DNA of 64,000 bases from Puccinia triticina (GCA_026914245.1 CP110439.1:6572001-6636000); one strand, 5' to 3'. Shown: positions 24,425-37,475, numbered from the stretch's first letter. Notes: generated by a model not told the origin, from the letters alone. Program-made: numbers and translations.

Positions 24425-26532
24425 TGTTAGTATTCATGTATTCTAGCTCTCAGTTTTTTTTCACCAGTCTAAATTAGAATAGCTTTATATTGTTTTTACC
24501 TGTTTTTTAGCATATTGTTTTTACTATTTATAGCCTGAGTTTGTAGATCCAGAAATACAAACTCATTGAGTCTTTCCCTCTTTCATTCATCCATTAACAG
24601 ATTTACAGTCTTGCTTCTCTGACAGAAGCTATCTTTTAAATAATGGTCCTTTGTTGGCCGGATATCGTTCTTCTTCATTTTAGCTGAAGGCCCTTTGTTG
24701 GCTGCATATCATCCTTCTTAGATATTTCATGGTCCTTTGTGAACCTCATACATTCATCTTCATATCGTAATGGTCCTTTGTTGACCCTCTTACATAGTTC
24801 ATGGTCCTTTGTTGGTTAACATACTATTTGGTTTACTCTTTGACTCATTCATGGTGTCATTAGCATTTAGATTACTGTACCAATTTCATTATCAGAACAT
24901 CCACCATTTCTCATTACAGTCTCTTACATAGTCGACCAAATTTCTTACTGGCATTATCGGAACATCCAACCGTTATATTGTCTCCGGAACACGCACCAAT
25001 ATCTTCTTTCCACCTTGGTCGTTTGAATTACGAAGGCAATCACATCAGACTAGCAACAAGCAGCCCACCACATCCAGCAATGACGGTATATCATATCACC
25101 CGTCTTGATCATCTGCCTTGGATTCCTACGGGGTGTACGATCTGCCTTGAATTCCTACGGGGTGTACAATCAAATCATCTTCATCGCGATCTCTTGACCT
25201 CTCAAACCCCTTGTTAGCCGTCCAAATGTGGACTCATTGTTGTCTTGGATTAGGCTTGTTGCTGGATTATTGGACTTGTTGTTGTTGGATTGGAGTCTAT
25301 TATTGAACTCTTCATCATCAAAGTGGATCCTCTTTGTTGTAATGGACTGTGTCATCTCCTCTTGACCTTGACCCGTTTGGTCCGAGAACTTGTTGTCTTT
25401 GGTCCCTGACCATGCCCTCATCAACTCTACTGCATTCAATGTCAATCTCTTGGATCACTCTTGAACATCACCCCCGGTTTCCGTCTTATTGTCTGGGCCG
25501 AGCCTCTTACAACCAATTACATTCACTCACTCTCTCACCAATCTGTACAGGCTTGATTGTTGGAATCTCTCTCTGGTCGTCGTTATAATCCTTTTGTTGT
25601 TGGATTCAACCACTATATTGCCAGTACTTCCCATGCTCGCCTGGATCATCCTCCAGTCGTGGTACAGCACACCAACCAGCACACCAACCGCCCACTTCTT
25701 TTCACATTTGCTTCATTGCCGTTACTGAATCACCCGCGCGTCTTCTTGCCGCCTCTGAAAGGTTGTCAATCACATTTGAACTCGTCAAGCACTCCTGGTT
25801 CCCCTTGATTGGATAGGATTAGACGCAGTTTTTAATTGACTGGCTTCATAGTTACCTCTCTTTCGTGGTCGGACCATTTCTCTGATCTTGGAACCTGCTT
25901 GTTGGTCATTGGAACGGATTCTCCTTGCTGCCACATCAGCTGTGATCAATGATTGATGAAATCAACAGTATAGCAACCTTGTTGCCGCTGAACTTCGGAA
26001 GCATGCTCGCCGTCGCCAAAGCATCTTTGTCTCTATAGAAGCCTCCCGGTCTCAACTGATTTTCCCCAGCTCAGCTCAATTTTGCTCAAAAATTGATATC
26101 ATTTATGTGAACGCAATTTCTGACATGCTAAATTGGATCCCTTTGTTCCCGAAGCAACTTGGCTCGGTCTCCTGAATCCATCCACTCAAACTTTCTTCAT
26201 CAACCCTGTATCACATCATGACCCTCATCTCATCTTGAACTCAACACTATCAGCATTGCTGACTTTCATGTTATTATTGAAGACAATTATCTACCTCTTC
26301 ATATCTTAAATTTATATCTATATGTATCTCTTCTAAAAAACAGTTCGCTAGGGGGGGTGTTAGTATTCATGTATTCTAGCTCTCAGTTTTTTTTCACCAG
26401 TCTAAATTAGAATAGCTTTATATTGTTTTTACCTGTTTTGTAGCATATTGTTTTTACTATTTATAGCCTGAGTTTGTAGATCCAGAAATACAAACTCATC
26501 GAGTCTTTCCCTCTTTCATTCATCCATTAACA
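24425..26532 (+). mobile_element. Non-autonomous LTR element (TRIM/LARD-like) with 175-bp LTRs
   Basis: LTRs 24425-24599 and 26358-26532 (tgtta...taaca, two differences seen); TSD ctgtt; purine tract aggggggg before the 3' LTR; no RT or integrase motif inside. Confidence 0.93.
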
Positions 26533-27088
26533 CTGTTCCGGGCTGAGTCCAAGCTTCCCGGTACAGTCTGGTTTCTGGACAAAGTATGGGTAGTTCGAGG
26601 TCAGGTTGAGAAGAATGTGCCTGAAGACTTCCTTGTCCAGCCAAAAACGTCAAGAAAACTCCTTTTTGCTATACCTAGCATTTTGATGATGATCATTTTA
26701 TTGGGTTACATCCAGCGAACACAGGACCATTGATCATACCTGGCATTGTCATTAATGTAATCAGCCATTAGCTGGTTGTGGAGATTGTATTGGTCACAGT
26801 CAATGTTTGGTCTTTGTCTTTTAGTATCTTCTAGTTCTGAATCTTCTTCATTGGAGTCGGAATCAAGTTCATTGATGAGAGTTTTCACTCTTTCTTTGTC
26901 TTCAAGAAGATCTTGAATCATTTGGCAACCAAGGCGGAGATGGTGTTGTATTATTGATCTTTCTTTGATTTTGTCCATGGAGGTAGGGAGCCAATGTGTT
27001 TTATTGATGAGGATGCAAGTGTTAGACTAGACTAAGCCCTTTTAATCCCAGAGATCATCTGAACCAATGCAGTTGAGCATGTGGATTA

Positions 27089-30000
27089 TGTAAGCTCTTG
27101 ATGAGGAGAGCTCCACTGTGCAAGGGTGAAGGCAAGGGGGCGAGGCTGAGGCCTTGGGAGGACTTCTGGAACCAAGTTTTCCTTTGATTGCGCAATCCTA
27201 GCTCAGGAGAGATGGAGGGAGCATCTCTGTATTAGACTATGTACAAGCTGGGAAGAAGGATAGAGAAGAGGGAACTGGGTAGACTCACCTAGCTCAGGAG
27301 AGATGGAGGGAGCATCTCTACTGAGCTAGGAGGGGTGGGGAAATGTTTGGACTAAATATGGGATTGTTTTGGATCCTGTGATCCATCTTGTGACACCCCA
27401 AAGGTGGGGGGTTACATTCTCCCCTCCTATAAAAAAAAGGGAAGAATAGGATGTTGTGCAAAAAGATGGGAGGAGGATGGAGAGGGAGTGGGAAACCTAA
27501 GGACAAGTAAAGGCATGGAGAGATAACAGGATATGAGGGAGAATGAGTGGGGATAGACTGGGGAGAGAATGTGGTTATGGATCTGGGTATGGGTCTTGAT
27601 ACGTTCAGGGTTGGGTATGAAGGGGAAGATGTTGGGACAAAGGTTGCAGTGTGGGTGTGTCAGAGTGTTACTGGGAGTTGATGTTGACTTGGTAGTCTTG
27701 ACTACCATACTTGAGGTCCAGTACTACCATACTTGAGGTCCAGTTCAGCCTCAAACGCATCCCATGCTTCATCCATGGCCTTCAGGTATTCCTTGTCCTC
27801 AGAGTCAGGGTATGCTTGAGGAGGAGACTGGGGGAATGGACTTGAAGGAGGTGGGGGTAATGTTTGGATGGGAGAAGCCAGGGACTTGGCAATCTTGTTG
27901 GTGGAGATGATGGTGTTGATCTTGGGCGAGCTTGATGGGGCAGGCGAGGAGGTAGGCGGCAAGGGCTTTGAGGGTGTTGAATATATTAGGAGAGCCTTGG
28001 ATGAGGAAGAGGGGGCGGGGAATGAGTCTGAGGATGAGTGGGCCGCTGGTGCGTGCAAGCTGGCAGGTGGCGGAGGAGACAAGGGCGGTGAGAAGACAGC
28101 TGAGTGGGGCGGCAAAGCAGATTGGGTAGATGGCCCCAAAGAGGATGTTGAGCAGGGCGGTTCCCGGGGCGGAGAGGTCCTGCTTGCTCTGGATGAGCTC
28201 GAGTGAGGTGGGCAGGGCGTTTTCTGTTGAGTTATACTCAGGTTTTGTTTTCCTATTTTATCTGCTTTTTACATTTCACTCATATCTCTACATTTCACAC
28301 TCATGTTACATGTTGTATGTAGTCTACCTGAGGCAGCAGGCGTGGAAGGACTCCTTTCATTATCCTTCCACAAACCTTGAACACCGCCCGCATTGTGCCT
28401 GCTGTTCTCAGGTAGGTTCCAGTCTTCTCACTTTTCTTTCTGCTTGTTCTCTTTCTCCTCCTGTCTTTCTCATGCTCCAGTCTAACATGTAATTCATATT
28501 ATCTTTCCACAAACCTTGAACACCGCCCGCATTGTGCCTGCTGTTCTCAGCTCTCTGCCCGCTCTCGCTCATCATGTTCAGGGATAGAGTTGATGGCGGG
28601 TAGCTTGCTTTAGAGGTGGCCGAGATTGGCTCTTGGAAGGCGGAGGGGGAGTTCTGGGGGGTAGGAGGGTGTGTGCTTTCTTTGACTGGGGACGTGGTTG
28701 ACGGCGCGGGTCGCGGAGAGGGCTTGTTTGGAGAGGTTGGAGGCAAGTTGGGTGAGGGAGCGGAACACAGCGGAGGGGATGAAGAGCAACACAAATCTGG
28801 TGATGCCGGGGAGATCGATGGCGTAGGCGGCGCAGGCAAGCGCGGCGAGCAGACAGTCGAGGGTACCGTCCCAAGGCTGGTTGGCCCTGGACAGGTACGG
28901 TTGGGCGGCGAAGGCAAACGGGAGGCGGTGATGGGGACAGACGGGCTCGAGGATGGCCTTCTTGCTGTCGCGGGTGCCCGTGCTGGGCGTAGAGCTGGTG
29001 GCGGCGAGGGCGCTGGGCAAGTTGGGGAAGGGTCGGCCGTGGCGAAGCTGCGGAGCCATGGGGGATGGGATGTGGAGCCGCTGGGGGGAAGGGGTGGTTT
29101 TAAGGCAGTGTTTGGTTGGTGAGAGGGGGAGCGTGTCGAAGCTGGGCGGGAAGGCGAACCAGATCGCGGAGATGGCGTCAATGACTATGTTGAGGGGGGC
29201 GGTACCTGGGACGGAGAAGGCCCTCCTGGAGAGGAAGAGCAGGGGGGTGGTGGGTGCGAGGCACTGCAGGAAAGGCCTGGGGGCCTTGCGGCCGGGGTCT
29301 TGGATTTGAGGGGTTCTGAGCAGTGGGTGGTGGAGGGCATTGAGGAGCAAGGCGAGGGTGGTGACGCGGCCGGTGGCTTCAGCCGGATAGGCGACCGCTT
29401 GGGAGTATCCAAGGTGGGGACCAAGTATTGAGCCGAGAGTTTGAGCGAGTGCGCTGCTTCTTTGGAGATTAGGGGCTCAAGACCCCGATCAATTGAATAT
29501 CGGAATGCTCCGCCCAGGGGAGTGGAGGGGACAAGGAAGGCCCACCCGGACGTCGTTTTAGCTAATAGGAGGTGCACGCTCTCCTCTAGATGTCTGATCC
29601 GCGCCTCGTGTCTTCCAGGGGCAAGGAATTGGCCAGCGGGTCGACCGGAATGTAGAGCGGGGAAGATGGACATGGCTGGCCAGTGGGGATGAGGTGGGTC
29701 GGCCGGGATGAACCAAAGCGGGTGGATAACACGCGAGCGGCGGGTGGATGGAGGGGCGGAGCAAAAGGAGAAAGGTCGGAGGGGCCTTTCGGCGGTTGCG
29801 AGGTTTGAGGACAAGGGGCCTTATGGGCCAGTTGCAAGGTTCGAGGACGAGGGGCTTTATGGGCCAGTTGCGAGGTTTGAGGGCGAGGACAGGCGGAGCT
29901 TCCTTTGGAAGGTGGCCACGAGGTTGGTTCAAGAAAAAAAAAGTGTAAGCTCTCAATGAGGAGAGCTCCACTGTGCAAGGGTGAAGGCGAGGGGACGAGG

Positions 30001-30192
30001 CTGAGGCCTTGGGAGGACTTCTGGAACCAAGGTTTCCTTTGATTGCGCAATCCTAGCTCAGGAGAGATGGAGGGAGCATCTCTGTGTTAGACTATGTACA
30101 AGCTGGGAGGAAAGGAAAGAGAAGAGGAAACTGGGCAGACTCACCTAGCTCAGGAGAGATGGAGGGAGCATCTCTACTGAGCTAGGAGGGGT
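27089..30192 (-). mobile_element. Non-autonomous LTR element with Pro/Ser-rich internal region; 5' LTR truncated
   Basis: LTR 27089-27416 (tgtaag...gttaca) followed by ttctcccctcct (PPT on the minus strand); second copy from 29944 breaks off at ~30192; no RT motif. Confidence 0.85.
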
Positions 30193-30695
30193 ACCCAAAA
30201 ATGACAAAAATTCAGTTAGAGATGGCGTTCGGGTACCCGGTACCGCCTGGCGGGTGCGGCGGGTGCCTGTGGGGTACCCGCCACACCACTATTTGTTATA
30301 ACCTGGCTACTAGATAGGTGCGCAAAGCCTGTTATACAGACTATCTAGTAGCCAATTCCGGATTCCCGCCAGCTCCCCGTGCTTCTGTTACATTGCGACC
30401 AAATTTACATGTTGTCCAACTCCAACCGACTCAAGGTGCGACTCGAACCCCCAACCTGCCGTGATACGCGCCGCAGTTGTACTGTTGGATTACGTGCAAT
30501 CCAACAGTATGGCCGCCGCGCACTGGACTTGTACAACAGCGGTGCTATGAACGCTCCCTCGGAGGTATGCGCCTGGTGAAAATTGACCAACATCCCGAGC
30601 GGCGAGATAACCGCCATCACCTGCCGTCACCCGCTGTTGCCTGACTTCAACTCATTAAACCACCCCTGTATGTGTACCTGCAACTCTTTGATCCA

Positions 30696-32433
30696 ATGCC
30701 TATTCCTTCTGAACCACCGCTAGCAGGCGTAGGGAAAACAGCTTCCAGGAAGTCAGCCAAAAAATGCAAGTATGAATCCGAGGATCCCAATAACCCTCGA
30801 TATCCAATCCCAATTGAAACTCTTCAGAAGATGTCAGAAACACAGCTTTGCAAGGTTGCCCAAGAGAACTCGAAGTCGTCCATGTCCTCGGCTGACCAAG
30901 TTGCCTTCATGGAGCTCTCTCATGAGCAGGAGATGGCAATGATTCTCAAAGCAATCGAGTTGCATGTCTCTATGCCCATGGTCTGGGCAGTACTGTAAGT
31001 CAAATTCTACTCTCTTATCCACCGGAGACACAGCAAGCTTAGAAGTTTTCTTGCTGCAGGGGTCGACGTGTTGCCATTCGTGAAGCCAACTGCTGGAACC
31101 GATTCCTGCAGACGGACAAAGCCCGCAAGATCTTCCAAACTAGTAAGCAGGACTGCCTCCCTCCTTTTCCCGAGTCCAAACTAACCTCAATACTCCTGCC
31201 AGGCAGGCAGGGCGTCAAAAACAAACAAGTAATGAAGAAACTCTCGGCGGCCTATAAGCAGTTGACAGCGGAGGAGAAGGCGGCACTTACCAAAGACCTT
31301 GATGATGAGAGCAACTACAAGAGTGATGACGATGATGATGATGCTGATGACAATGATGACGACGCAGGGAATGAGGATCTGGAAGATTCGAGTCTCCGAC
31401 CCAAGCGCCCACTCCCTTCTCGTCGTCGCAGAGGTGATGAGCTGACGGCGGCCAATTTGGCTATGGATGAAGTCACTGACGAAGACAAAGATACTCCCAA
31501 GAACGCACCCCCTGTCAAAGGAGCAAAAAGTTCTACCGGAGTCATCCGCGGTACGGTCTCCAACTTGGCTCGGAAAAATCAAGTCGATCTCACCATGAAC
31601 AGATGGGCACGCGAGGTGGGGCTGGCTACACCTTACCTCGTCCTCTGACCTCCTCTCCCACAACTTACATGTATTTTTTCTTTTTTGATTGTGTCAGGCA
31701 GCAAATCTCTCCGCAACATGCTGTTGCGAGGTTGTCATCTTTGCGGTATCAAAGCACTTATCCAACCACTGCTTCCACACCAACCAATGTACCCCTGGTG
31801 CTTTCAAACCAAACAGCGAGATATCACAAATGGATGGTAATAACCAGTACTCGGCCCGACTCCAGGCACTTGTCACCGGTAACTCAGTAGGTCAGATTGC
31901 TGTTGGGGAGAAGATTCCGGGCGCATCCAGTAAGCACAGGAAATTCCAAGCCATCCTGCAATCAATCCACCCCTGATGATACTGATGATTACCACCTGTC
32001 TGCCACTGACATTGCCTGACCCTGCTAGAAAAAAAATTGAAACAGATCCGCTCAGAATTATGTACAGAGCTTGCTCAGTTCATTGGTGGGTCACTTCGCT
32101 GGTTTGAAACTTGAACTGAACCTTTCAACTGGTAGCTAAAGTTTTCAACTTTCAACTCGCGAGACAAACAATATCATAACCTCCTGGCCTTGGGCGTCCA
32201 ATGAGACGCGGCTGCGGGAAGCGAAGTTCCAACTTGAGCTTGCTCCAGAAGCCCGCTCCGAAATAGACTGGCTACGGACCGACAACAAGCGAGTCAAGAA
32301 GGACCATCTCTCCATGCTCCTGCTTGATCTCAAGGACGGTCACATCATTCTTTGACAAATTATGACTCCGAGCGTGGTGCCAACATCATCAGCATCACAG
32401 GCAAACTGTCCGGCCCAACCATCCTCTTCCATG
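30696..32433 (+). pseudogene. KDZ accessory gene, multi-exon, HMG-box-like
   Basis: Spliced model (introns 30996-31059, 31143-31202, 31616-31697 and later ones) gives RRVAIREANCWNRFLQT...VMKKLSAAYKQLTAEEKAAL then an acidic tract; TGA at ~32353. HMG assignment is by eye. Confidence 0.6.
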
Positions 32434-33569
32434 ATCAACACCCAATCCAGCAGTGGTGCCAATGGAGGCAATCATGATGGGGATGATGACTGACTCAAGT
32501 GTCATCAATTTGTGATGTTTTTTTAACTTACCCCACCATTTTTTTTTTTTGTACTTGGTCACTCCCTCTTGTCCCCCTCCTCCAAGACCAAGCCTAGCAA
32601 TATCCATCTGTTTCTGAATCCCTTGGGCTTGATACAAAAGTATGCTTGTTCTAACACTTTGTGTTAACCAACTTGTGCATGTACCTGGCTTCAGCAAAGG
32701 AGGGCCTATCAATTTTAGAGGAAGATTTTTAGCTGTTCTTTAACAATATAAATTGATTTGGTTTCTTACTTCCTTAGAATGGAGAGCTGCTATGCTATGC
32801 TATATGAGCACTACAGGTTAGTGCAGCGGCAATTATTTTTAGCCAGTCATCTGGAGTGTTAGTTGGAATTTACGGCGCTAAAAATAAGCTGTAGGGTAGT
32901 ATTTTTTGGTGCCAACATTGACTTTAGCATTAGCGCAGAAAGAATCCGCTCTGCTAACGGTTAGCATAGTGGATTGGCCACTAACAGATTTCTTCCTTCC
33001 CGGTAGCTTAGCAGAATAAAATACATGCTACGCTAGGGGCGGACAAGCCAGGCAGAAACAAGTGGCTAGTTTTGTTTCCCTATATTTAGGAACAAAACCG
33101 GGCTGCCATTTCTGCCCAGTTTCATCCCATTCCCTGTAGTTGCGCAGGGACAAAAATTGCCTGTTTCTGCCCAGTTTTCTCCTCAGGCAGCATTAGCATA
33201 GACAAAAGCTATGTTAAAAGTTAGTGTAGCTTTTTTCTACGCTACACGACGACACTAACACTATCCGCAGGATCCAAAACCAGGGCAATGTTCACCCATT
33301 GCCTTGTTAGGTACAAAGGGGCCCCATTGTACCCAACAAGGCAATGTGTACACATTGCTTTTTTTTTGGGTCCGGTGATCCATAGTTGATTGTAGAGTTA
33401 GTGGCTTTCAAAAAGCAACTGCTAATGCTGCACTAGCACTTAATTTGCCCTTTCTTCCTTTTTTCCTTTTTGAGTAGTGTGAGTGGGAAATCTGGCCGCT
33501 AACAATAGTAACCACCAACTTTCAGAAGATATTTGTGTGCCCTTGCATGTCCCCATGGCTGGCACCGAG

Positions 33570-34304
33570 CTAGTTCTTGGAATTTCTAGTCAAAATCAAA
33601 TGGAACAGCCCTTACACACCATGGGTACCAGCAGTTGTGCATGGTATAAACTCACAGGAAGTTGAAGTGGTCTACAAAGATGATGATTTAATTTTTAGAA
33701 CAGGTTCAGCTTTGGTTTGAGGAATGTAGATTCCCTTTGCCATATTTGTTCAACAGTTCAGGTTGATCAGACAGCCCAAGACAGCATTTGAAATAATTTC
33801 TTCAGTGAGTCAAGCTAAAAGTAAAGACACTATGATTCATACAGACTTTCAAACCAAACTTGATACACCCAATCAACCATTTTGGTCAGGGGGAATGAAG
33901 AGAAGAAGTGTGAGCCTGTGCCTCTAAAGTGACAACAGGACACAAGAGAAATGGGGGACACTGGTTGTATTTCTTGGGATAAAGAACTACAAACAGAGAG
34001 TAAGAGAGAAAGAGAATGAAAGAGAAAGAGAAATATATGATCTGGAGGGGGTCTATCTACTCCTTATAGGAGGATCCTCAAAAGTCAACTTGAATCACCT
34101 GGAAAAGTGATAAGGACAGCTGCGCCAGACCAACAGGGGCTACAGCCTCCGCGCGCACCAAGGAGACGGTGGGGGGACACAGAATAGTAAACTAATCTGC
34201 TCTGATTTTTAGACTAAGTCTAGGTTTAACAGAGGAACCTTTGATCTTGATGGAGTTGGGTAAAAAGAGAAGGAAAAGAAACAGTCAAGAGACACAGAGT
34301 TTCA
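33570..34304 (+). mobile_element. Degenerate LTR-retrotransposon 3' remnant
   Basis: KIKWNSPY-like integrase tail; purine tract cagggggaa followed by a possible LTR tgaa...ttca (33896-34304); CpG-poor. Confidence 0.4.
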
Positions 34305-34980
34305 CTCTGAGATAATCAAGGTTCAAAGAAAGGTATACTTACTGTCAATATCCTAGGCGCCTGTGACGGTAGGTGTACTGGGAGTGAGGTATCCTTGTGG
34401 GGTTGATCCTGGGTTATCTGGGGGTGTGGTTCTGGTTGTCTGAAGTCTGTTGATCCTCCAGCTGCCTGGGGGATCGTGACTTCGAAAATTTTCAAAGTTG
34501 GATGACATAATCACACATGTACATGTGGTTTGGAGCGCTCAGGCGCGACTACACGGCGCTGCTGCGCATGTGTGTCACAAACCACAAACTCTATGAAGGA
34601 GTAGAGATATTGTAAAGTGATCAGTAAACACTAGGGTCAAAATTGCATGAGAAATCAGAATCTGAAGTCAAAACAACCTTATGTCTTAAGGTTAAAAAGA
34701 CATGAGCACATTTAGGTATAAAATGGAGATGAAAGGCAGTTTTAGGTCAACTGTGTTGACTCTAAGGCTGACAAGAAGAAATATAAGGCATCACCAGACA
34801 TAGCAATAATGGTAAGAAGCCATGTCTCTGAGCTTGAGCCAACTGAGAATTTTGGAATGACTGAGTCAGCAGATATGGAGTCTTGGAAAGAATTACTTTT
34901 TATGGCGGCAATTTATATTGTGTCACTAAGTGAGGAATAATAAAATTCTCCCCTGATAGCTTGTCAGTTTTTTTGAGTTA

Positions 34981-35130
34981 GGCTCCGTTTGGAGCCAATA
35001 TAATTGCATGATATAATCTGGAATTTTGTGACATCTGATCAAGTTTTGGCGGACCTGATCAGATGTCACATAGGATGTCAGGCAAAAAAACTCATATATT
35101 GCCCGGATTATATTGGCTCTAAACGGGGCC
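34981..35130. mobile_element. Tourist-like (Harbinger) MITE
   Basis: ggctccgtttggagccaatataat / attatattggctctaaacggggcc; TSD tta. Confidence 0.9.
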
Positions 35131-35808
35131 TTAGTGTACTTCATATATTTTTGTGTGGAATGGTAATTTGGGATTTTTTGCACAGGGAACAGATTTGCTC
35201 AATTGGTGTGATTGCATTTCAGTAATTCAAACATTGGCATTGATCTGAATTGATATGATTTCTGGATGGTTTGTAATTGTGTGTATCTGTGTTGTGGCAT
35301 ATGTAAATTAAGTATATAGCAGCACAGATGCCCAAGAGTCATTAATTTAAAGATGATTTATTTTCTATTGAGTATTTGTTATGTCTGAATTGTGAAACAA
35401 AACTCCCTGCTTTACTCCACTGTAACACATCATAAAACACATCTTAACTACAATTACCTGGCACATGACTGGCAGACATATTTTTTAACAACAATTTTAA
35501 ATTACTTCAAGGGAATTTAATTTGATAAAACTTGAACAGATTACACCTGATTTTGTATCATTGAAAAAATTTGGTCATCCCAAATACCTGGCACATTATC
35601 TGTGATCAGTGTTGCAGCATAGAGATTCAATGCTTCATGCCAAGAATTAAAAAATTATACCTGCTATGTGATCATAAGATTGTTGAAAAATAAGACCTTA
35701 TGGGCAAAGAGGAAAACATTGCAGAGTGGGAATTGAAATCTAAAAGTGAATTGAATTGTTCAAAGTTGAAATCATAAAACGTTTCATGGCATAAAGTAAA
35801 AAATTTAA

Positions 35809-37270
35809 GGCCCCGTTTGGCCGCGCGAGGTGATGTGATAAATTGGGCAATGTATAACGGGGGTTGCCCGGGGTATAACAGCCACTTATTTGGTGTTTGT
35901 GGCAGCCAGTAATATCATAAAAGACATGACCTCGCATGACTGAAAATTTATCATCCCCGCCATTTCGGAAATAGAGGTCTGGACCTGTATTTTTGGGTGA
36001 TAAATCCACTCGTCGGGTCTCCAAGCTACACCTCTCAATGACCAATCATTTGGTCATCAAGAAGGACACAACACCTCAATAACTGGTCTACCGGTCATCA
36101 AAGAGGACACGACCTTTGGATGACCGGTTTGACCGGCCATCCAGAGGACTTCACCTCTTGATGACCGCTTCAACCGGTCATCAAAGAGGACAAACCCTCT
36201 TGGTCATCCTCTCGATGACCGGTCAACCGGTCATTTAAGAGGACAGACCCACTTGATGACCGGCCAACCGGTCATCGAAGAGGACATAACCTCTGGAGTC
36301 TGGATGACCGGTCATTGAGAGGTTGTATCCTCTTCGATGGCCAGTCAACCACTTCACCTCTCGATGGCCAGTCAACAGGTCATCAAGAGGTTGTGTCCTC
36401 CGATGACCGGTTGACCGGTCACCGAGAGGAGTTGATCAGCTCTTGATGACCGATCAACCGGTCATCAAGAGCTGAAGCCCTCTGGATAACCGGTTTGACC
36501 GGCCATCCAGAGGATCCCCTTGGATGACCAGTTCGACGAGGATCCTCTTTGATGACCGATCAACCGGTCATCAAGAGCTGAAGCCCTCTGGATGACCGGT
36601 TTGACTGGCCATCCAGAGGAGTTCAGCTCTTGATGACCGGTTGACTGGCCATCCAGAGGAGTTCAGCTCTTGATGACCGGTTGATCGGTCATCAAGAGGT
36701 GAAGAAGTCCTCTTTGATGACCGATCAACCGGTCATTGAGAGCTGAACGGATGACCAGTTCAACCTGCCATCCGGAGGAGTTCAGCTCTTGATGACCGGT
36801 TGCGAGGTCAAGAAGTCCTCTTTGATGACCGGTTGATTGGACATCAAGAGGTGAAGAAGTCCTCTTCAATGACCGATCAACCGGTCATCAAGAGCAGAAC
36901 GCTCTTCATGGACCTTTCATCAAAGAGGAGTTCAGCTCTCGATGACCGGGAGTTCAGCTCTCAATAACCAATCAATCGGTCATCACGAGCTGAACTCCAT
37001 AATCATTTTCTTGCATCTGATTTTTCGTTGCTTGTGGGTTTTTTGTAGAGATTATTGATTGTTTGATGGAGCCATGTATGGTAGCTAGTTGGGAATGATG
37101 AGTGCAGTAATAACTGGACTTGCAAGAAAAATTTATGTGGCTGCACCAAACACACATGTTATAAGTGTTGTCTTGGTTTTATTGTTTCTATGACAACTTC
37201 AACCTGGCTACATGTGTCATGTAAAGTGATACACAATTTATCATATAACATCGCGCGGCCAAACGGGGCC
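35809..37270. mobile_element. Tourist-like non-autonomous Harbinger element with an internal repeat array
   Basis: ggccccgtttggccgcgcga / tcgcgcggccaaacggggcc; TSD taa. Confidence 0.9.
36030..36990. repeat. Array of quasi-palindromic units (ctcttgatgaccggttgaccggtcatcaagag)
   Basis: More than 20 variable ~35-40-bp hairpin-forming units visible. Confidence 0.9.
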
Positions 37271-37281
37271 TAAGCAATTAA

Positions 37282-37475
37282 GGTGTTCAAAGTTGACTTG
37301 CATAAAATCATAACACCATAAAATCATAAAGTTTTAAGCAGAAAAAATATGTACCACCCAAACACTCAAAACATAGCAATAGTTTGAAAATGGTACATAA
37401 AAAATTATCACTCAAAAGTTTTATGATTTTATGATTTTATGATTCAAAAATTTTATGATTTCAACTTTGAACACC
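37282..37475. mobile_element. AT-rich MITE
   Basis: ttaa|ggtgttcaaagttga ... tcaactttgaacacc|ttaa; related ends at ~35757 and ~37574 suggest an older enclosing copy. Confidence 0.75.

Larger units (their letters stand above)
23040..26978 (-). pseudogene. Harbinger DDE transposase interrupted by an LTR element and a MITE
   Basis: DCTGKLGLSPEQKLTAALRQLGYG spans the LTR insertion; DCMHWGWKNCP, YLVDAIYP, KDVEQAFGILKARW, CIILHNMI, DLIAHAW. Confidence 0.9.
16100..27050. mobile_element. PIF/Harbinger transposon 1 (right end not found), carrying nested insertions
   Basis: tta|gagcatctcca Harbinger-type terminus at 16100; convergent Myb/SANT-like gene (+) and DDE transposase (-). Confidence 0.8.

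Noticed and set aside
30379..30620. Short ORFs duplicated at 41408-41756
   Set aside because: They are incidental translations of the two KDZ TIRs.
32810..33440. Possible MITE (tagtgcagc / gctgcacta ends)
   Set aside because: Too degenerate; no TSD resolved.
36030..36990. CRISPR-like palindromic repeat array
   Set aside because: No unique spacers, variable units, no cas genes, and a eukaryotic TE context.
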